Source: Octopus sinensis (taxonomy: Eukaryota). Taken from it: a stretch of DNA of 64,000 bases. The stretch spans positions 194,680,001 to 194,744,000 of the forward strand of contig NC_042997.1 of assembly GCF_006345805.1 (NCBI RefSeq), written 5' to 3'. The notes under the pieces are model-generated. The model searched no databases. It was not told the origin of the DNA and saw only the letters and a list, made by a program, of their open reading frames with translations. This document shows, piece after piece, positions 12,327 through 25,297 of this stretch; the first letter of the stretch is position 1, and every line of letters begins with the position of its first letter. The position numbers were made by a program, and so were the translations under genes.

Positions 12327-12730
12327 GGATCTTTTCGGTTTGAACGGCAGTTTTTTCCAGCGATATCATATGAATGTCACCCATAATTATGACCCTAGTA
12401 TCGATCTATTGCATTTCAGTCTGTTTTAGGGTTAGGGGTGAGGGAAGGGTATTTTTTTTCTTCACAAATGTAAATAAACCCAATCTGTTTCTTAAACGAG
12501 GGACATATTCATACGGCACAGAATGTTTTCACCTCAATAGACGTCATTGATTGGTCGAAATTGCAGAAAATGAAAAACAACAACAAATATCTTACAAACT
12601 ATAGAATTTTCTCAATAAAGCCAAGAGAAAAAGATGTTTTATAAACACATTCTACCAGTATACGAAGTTTAAAAGTGTTTAGTTACGTGGAAATTATTTT
12701 AAAAAACTGCCGGTCAAACCGAAAAGATCC
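12327..12730. mobile_element. GGATC-family MITE (Merlin-like)
   Basis: Same TIRs; TSD tcgaacta/tcgaactg (7 of 8). Confidence 0.84.
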
Positions 12731-13221
12731 TCGAACTGTCATTTGCTTCCACGGAAATATATTTCTTTACTGCCCACAAGGGGCTAAACATAGAGGGGAC
12801 AAACAAAGACAGACAAAGGGATTAAGTCGATTACATCGACCCCAGTTGGAAACTGGTACTTTATTTAATCGACCCCGAAAGGATGAAAGACAAAGTCAAC
12901 CTCGGTGGAATTTGAACTCAGAACGTAACGACAGACGAAATACGGCTACGCATTTCGCCCGGCGTGTTAACGTTTCTGCCAGCACCCGAAGTGAAATGTT
13001 TTGATTTTGTCGAGTTATATCGAAGGAATGCCGACAAAAGTTTCAAAACATTTCTGTAGTCACGGTTAGGGTTTCGGGAAAGTCAAAATTGAAGAATTTT
13101 GGGTGAGGGTTACATAAACAGAAAAGCATGCACACACAGACGTACAAACCATTAGCTTCCTCTTTCCACTTCGACACGTCAAGCAGAACAAGGCACGTAG
13201 CCGACAACACGTGCTCACAGA

Positions 13222-13633
13222 TCGAGCTGGCAGAAACGTTAGCGCGCCGGGCGAAATGCTTAGCGGTATTGCGTCTGTCGTTGCGTTCTGAGTTCAAATT
13301 CCGCCGAGGTCGACTTTGCCTTTCATCCTTTCGGGGTCGATAAATTAAAGTACCAGTTACGCACTGGGGTCGATGTAATCGACTTAATACCTATGTCTGT
13401 CCTTGTTTGTCTCCTCTATGTTTAGCCCCTTGTGGGTAGTAAAGAAATAGGTATTGCGTCTGTCGTTGCGTTCTGAGTTCAAATTCCGCCGAGGTCGACT
13501 TTGCATTTCATCCTTTCGGGGTCGATAAATTAAAGTACCAGTTACGCACTGGGGTCGATGTAATCGACTTGATCCGTTTGTCTGTCCTTGTTGGTCCCCT
13601 CTATGTGTAGCCCCTTGTGGGCAATAAAGAAAC
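13222..13633 (+). mobile_element. SINE family 2 tandem dimer
   Basis: The tail aaagaaata is joined directly to the internal ggtattgcgtctg at about 13449. Confidence 0.85.
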
Positions 13634-13810
13634 ATATTGCCGAGGGCTTTGTTTACAAATCTACACAAAACGAAATCTACCTCTTTTTCTTCTAATACCT
13701 GTTGCACTAGTTTTCTTTGTTTCGCTTTTGTTTCCGGGTAATATCGCAAACATTAAATTGCTTTCTGCTGTCTCTTTACCCATATTTTTAGATAACATTT
13801 TGCAGAGATA

Positions 13811-14183
13811 GGCGCAGGAGTGGCTGTGTGGTAAGTAGCTTGTTCACCAACCACATGGATCTGGGTTCAGTCCCACTGCGTGGCACCTTGGGCAAGTGTC
13901 TTCTACTATAGCCTCGGGCCGAACAAAGCCATGTGAGTGGATTTGGTAGACGGAAACTGAAAGAAGCCCGTCGTATATATGTATATATATGCGTGTGTCC
14001 CCCTAGCATTGCTTAACAACCGATGCTGGTGTGTTTATGTCCCCGTTACTTAGCGGTTCGGCAAAAGAGACCGATAGAATAAGTACAGGGCTTACAAAAG
14101 AATAAGTCCCGGGGTCGAGTTGCTCGCTTAAAGGCGGTGCTCCAGCATGGCCGCAGTCAAATGACTGAAACAAGTAAAAGAGT
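13811..14183 (+). mobile_element. SINE family 1, full length
   Basis: Family 1 head to tail. Confidence 0.88.
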
Positions 14184-14225
14184 ATACGTTTTCGAGAGTG
14201 TGGATTACATAAGAGCGAAAATTCG

Positions 14226-16624
14226 GGATCTTTTCGGTTTGAACGGCAGTTTTTAACATGATTTCTAACTAAAAAATTTTTAACTTCGTATACTGGTAGA
14301 ATTTGTTTGTAAAACATCTTTTTCTCGGTTAATATAGGGCGTTACGATTATCAGAAAATCAAAAAAAAATGTGTAATAGGTGTAAAACAACTTCCTATGA
14401 ACGAATATGAAAAAAAAATTCGCGCACGCGAAAGGGGGGTGGGGGAGAGGCCTCGGAAAATTCACATCGGGAAGTTCCGAAAGCGTCTGAGGGGCTGACC
14501 CGGGCACCAAAACAAAAAAAAATAGTGTAATATGTGTAAAACAACTTGCTCTAAACGAATATGAAAAAAAAAATGCGCTCTCGCGAAAGAGGGGTGGGGG
14601 AGAGGCATCGGAAAATTTATATCGGGAATTTCCGAAAGCGTCTGAACCGGGCACAAAAACAAAAACAGCGTAATAAGTGTAAAACAACTTGCTCTAAACG
14701 ACTAGCATGAAAAAAATGCGCGCTCGCGAAAGGGGGGTGGGGGAGAGGCTTCGGAAATTTCACATCTTCAGTCCACGGCCTTTAAACTAAGAAAAAATAG
14801 TGTAATTGGTGTAAAACTACTTGTTCTAAACGAGTATCAAGAACACACACTCACACATGAATCATAAACTCCGTATTTTTGTACATATTTCGCAAAAAAA
14901 AAAAAAAAGAAAAGAAATTCTGGAAAAAGTGAAGAAATGTTGGATCTCATTCCTTGGTTAAAGCTATTTTAAACATTAAATTTATGCTTTTCTTTGAAAT
15001 AGTTCAGATATATGCAATTCTTCTCACTTATTAAGATGCATTTATCAGAAAAAGAGACAGAAAAAATAATTATTTTGTGTCAATCCTTCCCTAATTATCC
15101 TTTAATTAGTTTTGGCGTGTATTTTTTTCCCAAATTTATTTTTTCACCTTTACAACACTGTTTAGTAAAGCAATTAATTATCTTTATAATTTGCATATTT
15201 GACTTATTAATCAAAATTCTCTAGATGTAATATATACTAAGTAATGCATCCTTCATTTATGTGTTCCGTTCTGTATTATGCATGCGTGACTGTTTGTATG
15301 TAAGTGTGTTTAACTGTGCACGTGAATGTGAATATTAAAGAACATATTTATTTACTATGATTGTTATTTTCAGAACAAATAAATCTTTTGGCTGTTATGT
15401 TATTGATGTTATTATTATTGCTAGTTAAAGGGTGGTGACTTGGCTGAATATTTTGAGTCTTGTAGTATGTAGTTGTGTTAGTCAATATTCTGAGTTCAAA
15501 TCCAACTCATTTCTTTATCATCATTATCGATGGACCACTCAAAGAGGTATGTATACATTATCATTTTCGTAACATAATTTCTGTAGTATTTCAAGATGTT
15601 TCTGACACGTATTTTGATTCACATGGCGGAGATCCAACATTTCTTCACTTTTTCCAGAATTTCTTCTCTTTATTATTTTTTTTTTTTGCGAAATATGTAC
15701 AAAAATACGGAGTTTATGATTCATGTGTGAGTGTGTGTTCTTGATACTCGTTTAGAACAAGTAGTTTTACACCAATTACACTATTTTTTCTTAGTTTAAA
15801 GGCCGTGGACTGAAGATGTGAAATTTCCGAAGCCTCTCCCCCACCCCCCTTTCGCGAGCGCGCATTTTTTTCATGATAGTCGTTTAGAGCAAGTTGTTTT
15901 ACACCTATTACGCTGTTTTTGTTTTTGTTTTTGTGCCCGGTTCAGACGCTTTCGGAAATTCCCGATATAAATTTTCCGAAGCCTCTCCCCCACCCCTCTT
16001 TCGCGAGAGCGCATTTTTTTTTCATATTCGTTTAGAGCAAGTTGTTTTACACATATTACACTATTTTTTTTTTGTTTTAGTGCCCGGGTCAGCCCCTCAG
16101 ACGCTTTCGGAACTTCCCGATGTGAATTTTCCGAGGCCTCTCCCCCACCCCCCTTTCGCGTGCGCGAATTTTTTTTTTCATATTCGTTCATAGGAAGTTG
16201 TTTTACACCTATTACACACTTTTTTTTTTCTGATAATCGTAACGCCCTATATTAACCTTTTTCTCTTGGCTTTATTGAGAAAATTCTATAGTTTCTAAGA
16301 TATTTGGGGTTTTTTTTTTTTCTTCAATTTCAACCAATTAATGACGTCTATTTTAGGTGAAAACATTCTGTGCCGTATGAATATGTCCATGGTTTAAGAA
16401 ACAGATTGGGTTTATTGGTACCGGGTTGGTATACATTTGTGAAGAAAACGAAGTTGACTACTTTCACTTCTGACAACTAAAAGCATGACAGTGCCAAAAA
16501 AAGATACCTTTCCCCCTAACCTTAAAATAGATTGAAATGCAATAGATCGATACTAGGGTCATAATTATGGGTGACATTCATATGACACCACTAGAAAAAA
16601 CTACCGTTCAAACCGAAAAGATCC
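14226..16624. mobile_element. GGATC-family MITE (Merlin-like) hosting the long-TIR element
   Basis: TIR ggatcttttcggtttgaacggcag / ccgttcaaaccgaaaagatcc; perfect 8-bp TSD aaaattcg at 14218-14225 and 16625-16632. Confidence 0.88.
14327..16257. mobile_element. Non-autonomous long-TIR (foldback-like) DNA transposon with GG termini and 8-bp TSD
   Basis: Arms 14327-14948 and 15628-16257 are near-perfect reverse complements; termini GGTTAATATAGGGCG/CGCCCTATATTAACC; TSD tttttctc at 14319-14326 and 16258-16265. Confidence 0.88.
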
Positions 16625-16850
16625 AAAATTCGAACAAGTTTGAAAAGAATAAGTGAAAATGCTAAAGTTATAGAAATTAGTGGTAACGAAGGGTGGGTAG
16701 GAGAGAAAGAATGATACAAAATTCAAAAAAAGAATTTTAATAAAATTAAAATAAGCGTTAGTGCTTGTGTGTGAGACAACTAAATGTATAACATTAAAAC
16801 AAAACAGCTTTTTCGTACCTCTTAGACTCATTGGACATACTAATCCCAGA

Positions 16851-17012
16851 GGCGTGGGAGTAGCTGTGTGGTAAGTAGCTTGCTAACCAACCACATGGTT
16901 CCGGGTTCAGTCCCACTGCGTGGCACCTCGGGCAAGCGTCTTCTACTATAGCCTCGGGCCGACCAAAGCCTTGTGAGTGGATTTGGTAGACGGAAACTGA
17001 AAGAAGCCCGTC

Positions 17013-17059
<47 letters not shown>

Positions 17060-17266
17060 TGGGTGTGTTTATGTCTGTGTTTGTCCCCCTAGCATTGCTT
17101 GACAACCGATGCTGGTGTGTTTGCGTCCCCGTCACTTAGTGGTTCGGCAAAAGAGACCGATAGAATAAGTACGGGGCTTACAAAGAATAAGTCCCGGGGT
17201 CGATTTGCTCGACTAAAGGCGGTGCTCCAGCATGGTCGCAGTCAAATGACTGAAACAAGTAAGAGT
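16851..17266 (+). mobile_element. SINE family 1, full length
   Basis: Family 1 head to tail with a long (TA)n. Confidence 0.88.
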
Positions 17267-17321
17267 ATTTGAAATAGTATCTTTCACTTTGTAAGTTTTC
17301 CCGCCGAAACTAATGCGTTTC

Positions 17322-17322
<1 letters not shown>

Positions 17323-17395
<73 letters not shown>
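17323..17395. repeat. (GT)n microsatellite
   Basis: Directly visible. Confidence 0.95.
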
Positions 17396-17398
<3 letters not shown>

Positions 17399-18229
17399 AG
17401 GGAGAGAAAGATGAGTATGGATAAAGTAAGAAAGAAAGGGCAATCTATGAAAGAGGGGAGACAAATGAAAATAAGAAAACAAATGATACGAAGCTAATGA
17501 GATTTTTAAAAACTTGAGACTTACTTTATGCAGTTGAAAAGCAATTTTGTATGGAGGGCTTTCGATTTATCCTTTGAATTTGTCTACAATTCATCTGAAA
17601 CCCACACAGATAAAATGTAGACGAATTCACCTAGAACAGGGACAGGGTACCTGGAATTGTTTTGAGGGAATGAATAAATATCAGGCCAGGTATTGATGAA
17701 AATAGATACCTGTCCTTCTTACCCATTCTTATGTCCCTCCACGAAATTTCAATGTTTTATATGTGCAAGTGATCTTACCCATTTAAGATTTGGCTGTTAT
17801 TTCAAGAATGTGGATAGCCTGCTTGAAGGCAAAAGCCGTAGAATTGAGAGGGAAGGGTTTGGGGTTTTTCAATATATATCCATCTTCCAGAAAGTTATGA
17901 GGGAAAAATCGGATCTTGTGAATTTTCCCATAGTCCTCTCTCCCCACCAGGTTCGTTTGCGCAATTTTTTCTTTCATATTCGTTTTCTAAACAGTTAATA
18001 CCCAGCAGGTTGGGGTTTTTTTTTCGTCAACGGGTGAGGATCTTTATATTGACCTTTTCAGATACATTAGGTCAGGGTAGTTGATTCCACGCGAAAACTC
18101 CGAGGTCGATGGCAGCGAAGTGGAAATGGCTGTGCAGGGTAGAACACTAAAACCGCGAGCGATAGTAACAGCATGATGTGGTGATGGGCATGGACGTTAT
18201 CTTAGTGAATCGGCTGAGGGTGAACTTGT

Positions 18230-18425
18230 TAAAATTTACCGCCCTGTCTCAACACGCGTGCACATGTGTCTGCTCATCACGACTGCCCCAGGCCAAATGA
18301 ACTGGTCCCGTTTCTCTAACTTCGTCGCTCCCTCTTCCGTTGACGTCACTGACCTTTTCTTCCGGTTCACCGCATCCCACAAAATGAAACTGGAAAAAAG
18401 TCAACTGGCTTTTTGGCGGAAGAAT
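18230..18425 (-). promoter_or_regulatory. Candidate CpG-rich promoter / first non-coding exon
   Basis: TGACGTCA at 18341-18348, TTCCGG at 18360-18365, TTTGGCGG at 18412-18419, locally CpG-rich; minus-strand donor gggcg|gtaaat at 18240. Motif presence only. Confidence 0.35.
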
Positions 18426-19480
18426 ACGTAAAACGTTTTCGAATTAAAATTCTTAATAATTTCAGAGGAAATTGTGATTTAAGGGAGACCTGGCTGTTCT
18501 TTCTAGCACATCCCAAGACCTCTGTCATTTCTTTCTCATTCACATCTATTGATGTTTTTCAATATTTTCCTCCCCATAAACACAATTTATGGAATGATGC
18601 CAAAGTAACACCCGCATAATCTATTGCTGGGGTATATCAGCAAAAAAAAAAAAAATGGCAATTTAAATTTTTACTCGCACCCCAACAGAGCAAGACCGTG
18701 TATTTGTAAGAAAAACCTTTTCTAACAAAATTATGCTGTCATCTTTTACATTAAAATCACTCTGGATAAATCCCAGCAATACTTTTCTCAGGCTCTCCAA
18801 TATTTTTTTATAATTATAAAAAATGAGTGGGGTTTTAAAAAAATCTAATTTTTTTTTATAGCATAAATGTGTTTAAAGGGGACGAATATTGAAATATCAA
18901 TATTCGCCAACGAAATAATGCCATTGATTGGTATGGCTGTTTTTGATACGCTATAGGCCTTAGGAACATAACCATGTGAACCTTGCTATCCTTCTATTCC
19001 TAGCATGCGAAATGACTGCGTAGAGGATGGGTTGCTTGAGTTTATTGCGATAAAATAATGAAAGAAATGTGCATTCAATAATTAGTGTTAGCATTGAACT
19101 TTCCTTTTTAGAAAGATTTCCTGGGCATAATGAGATAAAAAGACAGAAAAATGACAAGTGTAATTTTTCTGAGTTTTTTTTTCTTACAAAACGAAACTTG
19201 AAATTTCGAAAATAAAATTGAGTCAGTATGTATGTGCCTTATATAAGTGTTTGTATCGAGTTCAAAATCCTATATTGCTCAGTTATTTGAACAAATTTTC
19301 AAATGTTCTATTGCGGTACCTCTCCCGCCACAGGAACAATCAAATATGTAGGCAACGAGTTTGAGGAAGTCCTGTCGAGCGAATTATTTTGCATCATAAG
19401 AAAAATTAAATAACTACAATTTATATTACAACTAATTTGCAGGAGTGCCTAGGGTTAAACTAAAGCATTTAACCGTGCCT

Positions 19481-20329
19481 AGTACTACTTAGAGTGGACC
19501 CGACGGGCGCACTCTCAATTTAAAAAAAGAAACCCCATGTAAACGGTGAAGGGTTATCTAGCTACCAAATAAAACAATCAATTGACGGGAATGAAAATTG
19601 CTTTCAGAACATTCTAAAACACCTTTCAATTAGGTTCACTTTTGAATAACATTTTATTTCATTATTTTCACTTTTCTTAATGACTACTTTTGAGTAAGAT
19701 TTTATTTCAAAATTCGTTTTATTTTCACTTTTATGACTACTTTTGGGTAACATTTTCTAATTTAAAATTTGGGATCTTTTCATTTTGAACGGCAGTTTTT
19801 TTCTAGCGGTGTCATACGAAATTGTCACCCATAATTATGACCCTAGTATCGATCTATTGCATTTCAATCCGTTTTGGGGTTAGGGGGAAGGGTATCTTTT
19901 TTTTCTTCACAAATGTAAATAAACCCAATCTGTTTCTTAAACGAGGGACATATTCATACGGCACAGAATGTTTTCACCTAAAATAGACGTCATTGATTGG
20001 TTGAAATTGCAGAAATCGAAGAAAAAAAACAACAAATATCTTACAAACTATAGAATTTTCTCAATAAAGACAAGAGAAAAAGATGTTGAAGTTTAAAAGT
20101 GTTTAGTTACGTGGAAATTATTTTAAAAAACTGCCGTTCAAACCGAAAAGATCCAAAATGTTATATTTTCATTCAGTCGGTTGTTTTATTAGATAGATAA
20201 TACACACACACCTCCCGATTTACAGTTTACACATTAATATATGGAGTTTGGGGGGGGGTTATCTCGGGTGACTTGCGCGTCCACTGACTCGTACGGATGC
20301 GCGCGTCGGGTCCACTCTTAAATAGTACC
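19481..20329. mobile_element. GGTAC-family MITE (diverged) with a GGATC MITE nested at 19772-20154
   Basis: TIRs gtactacttagagtggacccgac / gtcgggtccactcttaaatagtacc; inner element has both GGATC TIRs. Confidence 0.65.
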
Positions 20330-21146
20330 GAGTGTTTTCCCATAAAACAAGAAAAAATATTCTTGGATTGGGCGAGTACTAATTATTACAGTGTAGGAAC
20401 TCGTTTGACCCTACCTGTCTGAGATTCGAAACCAAATCCATTGCATGTTTGTCAAGCAATCTCCACACCAGACGACTAATGGAAAATACGACCTACAAGG
20501 ACCTTGTTGGTCACGGAAAGGTCAATCATTTGTTTAGGATTTGACCTACATACTTGGCCGCAGATCTATAACAGACCATTTCTTTTCTCGCCCTCAGCTG
20601 CAACACTTCCCTTCGTTCCTCACTCACCATACTAAAATCTTACGGCTGAAATCAAAGAGGGACAATGCCACCTTTACACTTTTTTCGTCTCTTGTCAGCG
20701 CCGTACATTCCCTACTCTACTAGCAGAAAGCAGCTTCCACACTATCGACTGCCAGGCAGCGGCCGAACCTTTTGTCACAGTCACTACGATTACTGCCGTC
20801 TTACTAACCACTTGTCGGACTAATAAAAATATAAATAGAATTCCTTCCATTTTTTAGTGTTAGTCTTCGATATTTCATTACTAGTTTCTTCGTTGTGAAA
20901 ACCTCAAGCGTTGCAGCTACTCGCTACAATTGTAGTGGCTAGAGTTGTGTGTTAGTGTGAAATAGCCGATTACCAAGTGTTTCTCAATCATCTGGTATGG
21001 AAATGCAAACACAATTTCCCCGCTTGCTTGATAAGCAACAAGCAGGTGGATTCGGTTTCGAATCTCGGGTCCTACTACTGAGTGATTTTCTCCATAATCC
21101 AAAGTTTGATGCCCCTCCCCTAATATATTTCCTTTTCATATTTTTT

Positions 21147-21263
21147 CTTTACTCGTTTCAGTCATTTGACAGCGGCCATGCTGGAGCACTGCCTTTAGTC
21201 GAGCAAATCGACCCCAGGACTTGTTTGTAAACCTAGTACTTATTCTATCGGTCTCTTTTACCA

Positions 21264-21317
<54 letters not shown>

Positions 21318-21471
21318 TACGACGGGCTTCTTTCAGTTTCCGTCTACCAAATCCACTCACAAGGCTTTGGTCGGCCCGAGGCTATAGAAGACACTTGCCC
21401 AAGGTGCCATGCAGTGGGACTGAACCCGGAACCATGTGGTTGGTAAGCAAGCTACTTACCACTCCTGTGCC
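21147..21471 (-). mobile_element. SINE family 1 with internal deletion
   Basis: Family 1 on the minus strand. Confidence 0.82.
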
Positions 21472-21741
21472 TATATAAATTTGTAAATTTATGAAAGATA
21501 TTTTGGCAAATTTATAGTTTCACACCAGACTAGATTTTGGTAGTAAATAATTTTTTCCCAAGATATTTGGGGGGAGGGGCTGCAACCCCAATCTTTCATA
21601 ATTCTTTAACATGCACATTTTTAAATGACATTTACTGAAATTATCGAGTGTAGCTTACATAATGCTGATATTTCGAACAAATCGAGAAAAAATTGGAATA
21701 TCCTGAAGCAGAGGATATTGGAGATAACAAATTCGGTAGAA

Positions 21742-21871
21742 GAAAGAAAAATAATTTAAATTCCTCTAGAAAATTTTCGTTTCTAAATTTTAGCAATATA
21801 ATCGTCGAAAGAAAAATAATTTAAAATTCCTCTAGAAAATTTTCGTTTCTAAATTTTAGCAATATAATCGT
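21742..21871. repeat. Tandem duplication, unit about 65-70 bp
   Basis: gaaagaaaaataattta(a)aattcctctagaaaattttcgtttctaaattttagcaatataatcgt twice. Confidence 0.85.
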
Positions 21872-23089
21872 AAACTACATTCGAAGGTGTATCTTGCAAA
21901 ATTTCTTTAAAAAATATACATTTTCCCGAAAGTTATAAGCGAACAAAGTTGGAGCTGGGGCGCCAAATTCAGTTAAGCCCTCAATCTCGAAGACATAAAA
22001 GACAAAGACGAGTCGCAGGAAATAAGTAAAGTAAATTTTGTGACAGTCCGATGCGGCGCAGATAAAGGACATTGGACCGCACCCCCTTTTTTTTTTTTTT
22101 CTACAGAAACCGACTTCTGCGAATCTAGAAAAAAAAAATCGGCATTTCTAAATTTTGGTAATTCATATTTAGAAAGTGGATCTTTTGGTTTGGCTGTTGT
22201 TACTAGCTTGTCGGACTTTCCCGGTTAGGGCGTACTTAAAAATTGAAGATTTTGAACCCCCCCCCCCCAAAAAAAAAAAAACACGTTTTCAAAATTATTT
22301 CTCCCCTCTCCACCCCTCAAGCCAAGAAAAAAAGGGGGTGGGGGAAATTAAAATTTTGAAAACGCTATTCGTAGTTTAGCTGCTGTTTCTAAACATGCTG
22401 AGTTTTGTTTAGATACTTTTTACGCCTGCTATTTTAGGAGGGGAGGGTTTGTTTGTTTGTTTTGTTTTGTTTTGTTTTTAAATTGAAATTTTACAATTTT
22501 TCAGAAACAATCTTTCTACATATTTCACAAAAAAAAAAAAAAATTCCAAAAAGTGAAAAAAATGGGGGTGGATAGTTAAAATTTTGAAATGCCGATTGAT
22601 TGCAGTCGAAATGCAGTCGAAAAGGTGGGTCTCTGTAGGAAAAAAAAACCCGAAACGGGCTGCGGTCCGTGTATTTATCATCCTTGTGTCTCAACATTCT
22701 TCTAACATCACATTATAGACTCTTTCAATGTTCTGCATTTATCGCACACATCCTTTGTACACATGATGGCCTGTCTATTATTATGTATATATGACGCACA
22801 CACATGTTAACATATAAATAAAATCATCTCTTAGACATTCTTCCCGGTTGTGCGTTTCTTTTCCTTCTGGCCCTTATACGCATTCATACTTTTCGCCTTT
22901 ATTGTATCGACAGTGCGATGTACTAAAGGAGCCATTCTCATCACCTCTCTTTCGCACGGTCGTTTACACCTTTATAATCATTTCTACTATAAACACAAGG
23001 CCTGAAACTTTGGAGCAGGAGGACAAGTCGATTACATCGCCTCCAATGTTCAACTGGTACTTATTTCACCGACTCCGAAAGGATGAAAC

Positions 23090-23700
23090 GGTGAAGTCAA
23101 CCTCGGCAGAATTTGAACTCATAACAAAGACCGACGAAATGCCGAAATATGAAAATACATTGGGCAGGGTCGAGTCAAAAGACGGCCAAGTCCCTAAAAT
23201 ATTGGTCAGGTGCTAAAGTGATAAACAATTGTTATTTTTTAATTTATGATAGAATAATATAGAAGGAATGAACCAGAAGTATTTTACTCGCTTAGCTGTT
23301 TCTGAACGATGAATTTGAACTCATAACAGAGACCAACGAAATGCCGTAATATGAAAATACATTGGGCAGGGTCGAGTCAAAAGATGGCCAAGTCCCGAAA
23401 ATATTAGTCTGGTGCTAAAGTGCCAATTATTTTTAAATTTATGATAGAAGAATAGAGAAGGAATGAACCAGAAGTATTTTACTCGTTTAGCGGTTTCTGA
23501 ACGATGAAGTCAACCTCGGCAGAATTTGAACTCATAACATAGAGACCAACGAAATGCCGTAATATCAAAATACATACGACAGTCCCTAAAATATTGGTCA
23601 GGTGCTAAAGTGATAAACAATTGTTATTTTTAAATTTATGATAGAAGAATAGAGAAGGAATGAACCACAAGTATTTTACTAGCTTAGCTGTTTCTGGTTC
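23090..23700. repeat. Local tandem triplication, units about 190-220 bp
   Basis: gaatttgaactcataac...gaaggaatgaacc...gtattttact...gtttctg repeated three times. Confidence 0.85.
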
Positions 23701-24757
23701 AAATCCAGCAATAGTCGCTAGTTACTTTAGATCGAAGTCAATCAAGATCAAGTACATTTATGACAAAAGTTTAATATGAGGCAATCCCGACGCTTTTTGG
23801 CCTCTTCGCCCGCTTTATTAAGGTAAAGATTCGGGAAAAGGTGAATAAATGTTGACAATAACATCCTCGTTTCTTCCCAGATGGTGTATACAGAATAGCG
23901 TAACCTAATTTTTAACAATGGCAGGATGTCATTTAAAAATAATTTGGCTTTTATTTTTAGCAGGTCTATTACAAAAAATTCAAAAAGAATTTTTCAATTT
24001 TCGTTGTCGTGTTAATTCTCGTGTGTAGAATATAAATTCGTAAACATTTTCTGAAAATTCAAGAAAATAAAGTCAGGAATGGTTATATGGTGTCTGTCCC
24101 CATAGCTTATCAGTCGTTAATAAACGGATGTTGATACTATGATACAGTACACCATCCTTGCAAGTAACAGAATTAGTTTAACATAAACATAAAAAATATA
24201 CGTTACAATATTATTTAAAGCTGAAAATTTCAGTATATGAAACGTATAGCAAACAAATATGAAGATATTTTTGAAACGAATTTTTTAAAAGTTGAAGTTT
24301 ATGTGAAGTATAATAATCTATCTGGTTATCATAGAGAAATAAGGGTAAATTTATAAGGGTAAACTATAAATTTACCGAAATAAGGAAAATATATCTGGTT
24401 ATATTTCGTTTTGCTTTTGACAATTTGTTCACTCAAACTTTTGAGAAGTAAATTTGAGTGGGAAGAAAAAACATTTTTTAAACGTTCATAAAGAAAAGTA
24501 AGCATCATATAAAAGCATTAACATGGTTAAGTAGCTGTTAAAAAGATAGACAAATATAAGTTTCGACAATTATACTTACATATATGAAGATGTCTATATA
24601 AATGAATATGTTGGTAGGTCAGCTGTTGACTGTTTTGAAATACGCGCTGGAATGAATGGTTTTTATAACGGGCAGCGAAGGGAGATAACTCTCATGAGAT
24701 TTGGGCTTCAACAAAACAGAAGAACGAAGCACAGCATTTTGGGTCTTTTACAGATCA

Positions 24758-24970
24758 TACTCTTTTACTTGTTTCGGTCATATGACTGCGGCCATGCTGG
24801 AGCACCGCCTTTAATCGATCAACTCGACCCCGGGACTTATTCTTTTGTAAGCCCAGTACTTATTCTATCGGTCTCTTTTGCCGAACCGCTAAGTAACGGG
24901 GACGTAAGCACACCAGCATCGGTTGTCAAGCAATGCTAGGTGGACAAACACAGACACACAAACATACACG

Positions 24971-25014
<44 letters not shown>

Positions 25015-25179
25015 TACGACGGGCTTCTTTCAGTTTCCGTCTACCAAATCCACTCACAAGGCTTTGGTCGGCCCGAGGCTATAGTAGAAGACACTTGCCC
25101 AAGGTGCCACGCAGTGGGACTGAACCCGGAACCATGTGGTTAGTTAGCAAGTTACTTACCACACAGCCACTCCTGCGCC
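24758..25179 (-). mobile_element. SINE family 1, full length
   Basis: Family 1 on the minus strand. Confidence 0.88.
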
Positions 25180-25297
25180 TATATTACAAGTTTTTTTGTT
25201 TTTTTTTTAAGTGGAATTCAAAAAAAAAATTCTGAAAAAGTGAAAAAGGAAAAATTGCGCTGGGTGGGGTGATTAAAATTTTGAAGTGCTGAATTTT

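Noticed and set aside
14280-14687. 135-aa and mirror 99-106-aa ORFs in the long-TIR element as a transposase
   Set aside because: They are translations of the tandem subrepeats in the arms; no DDE motif.
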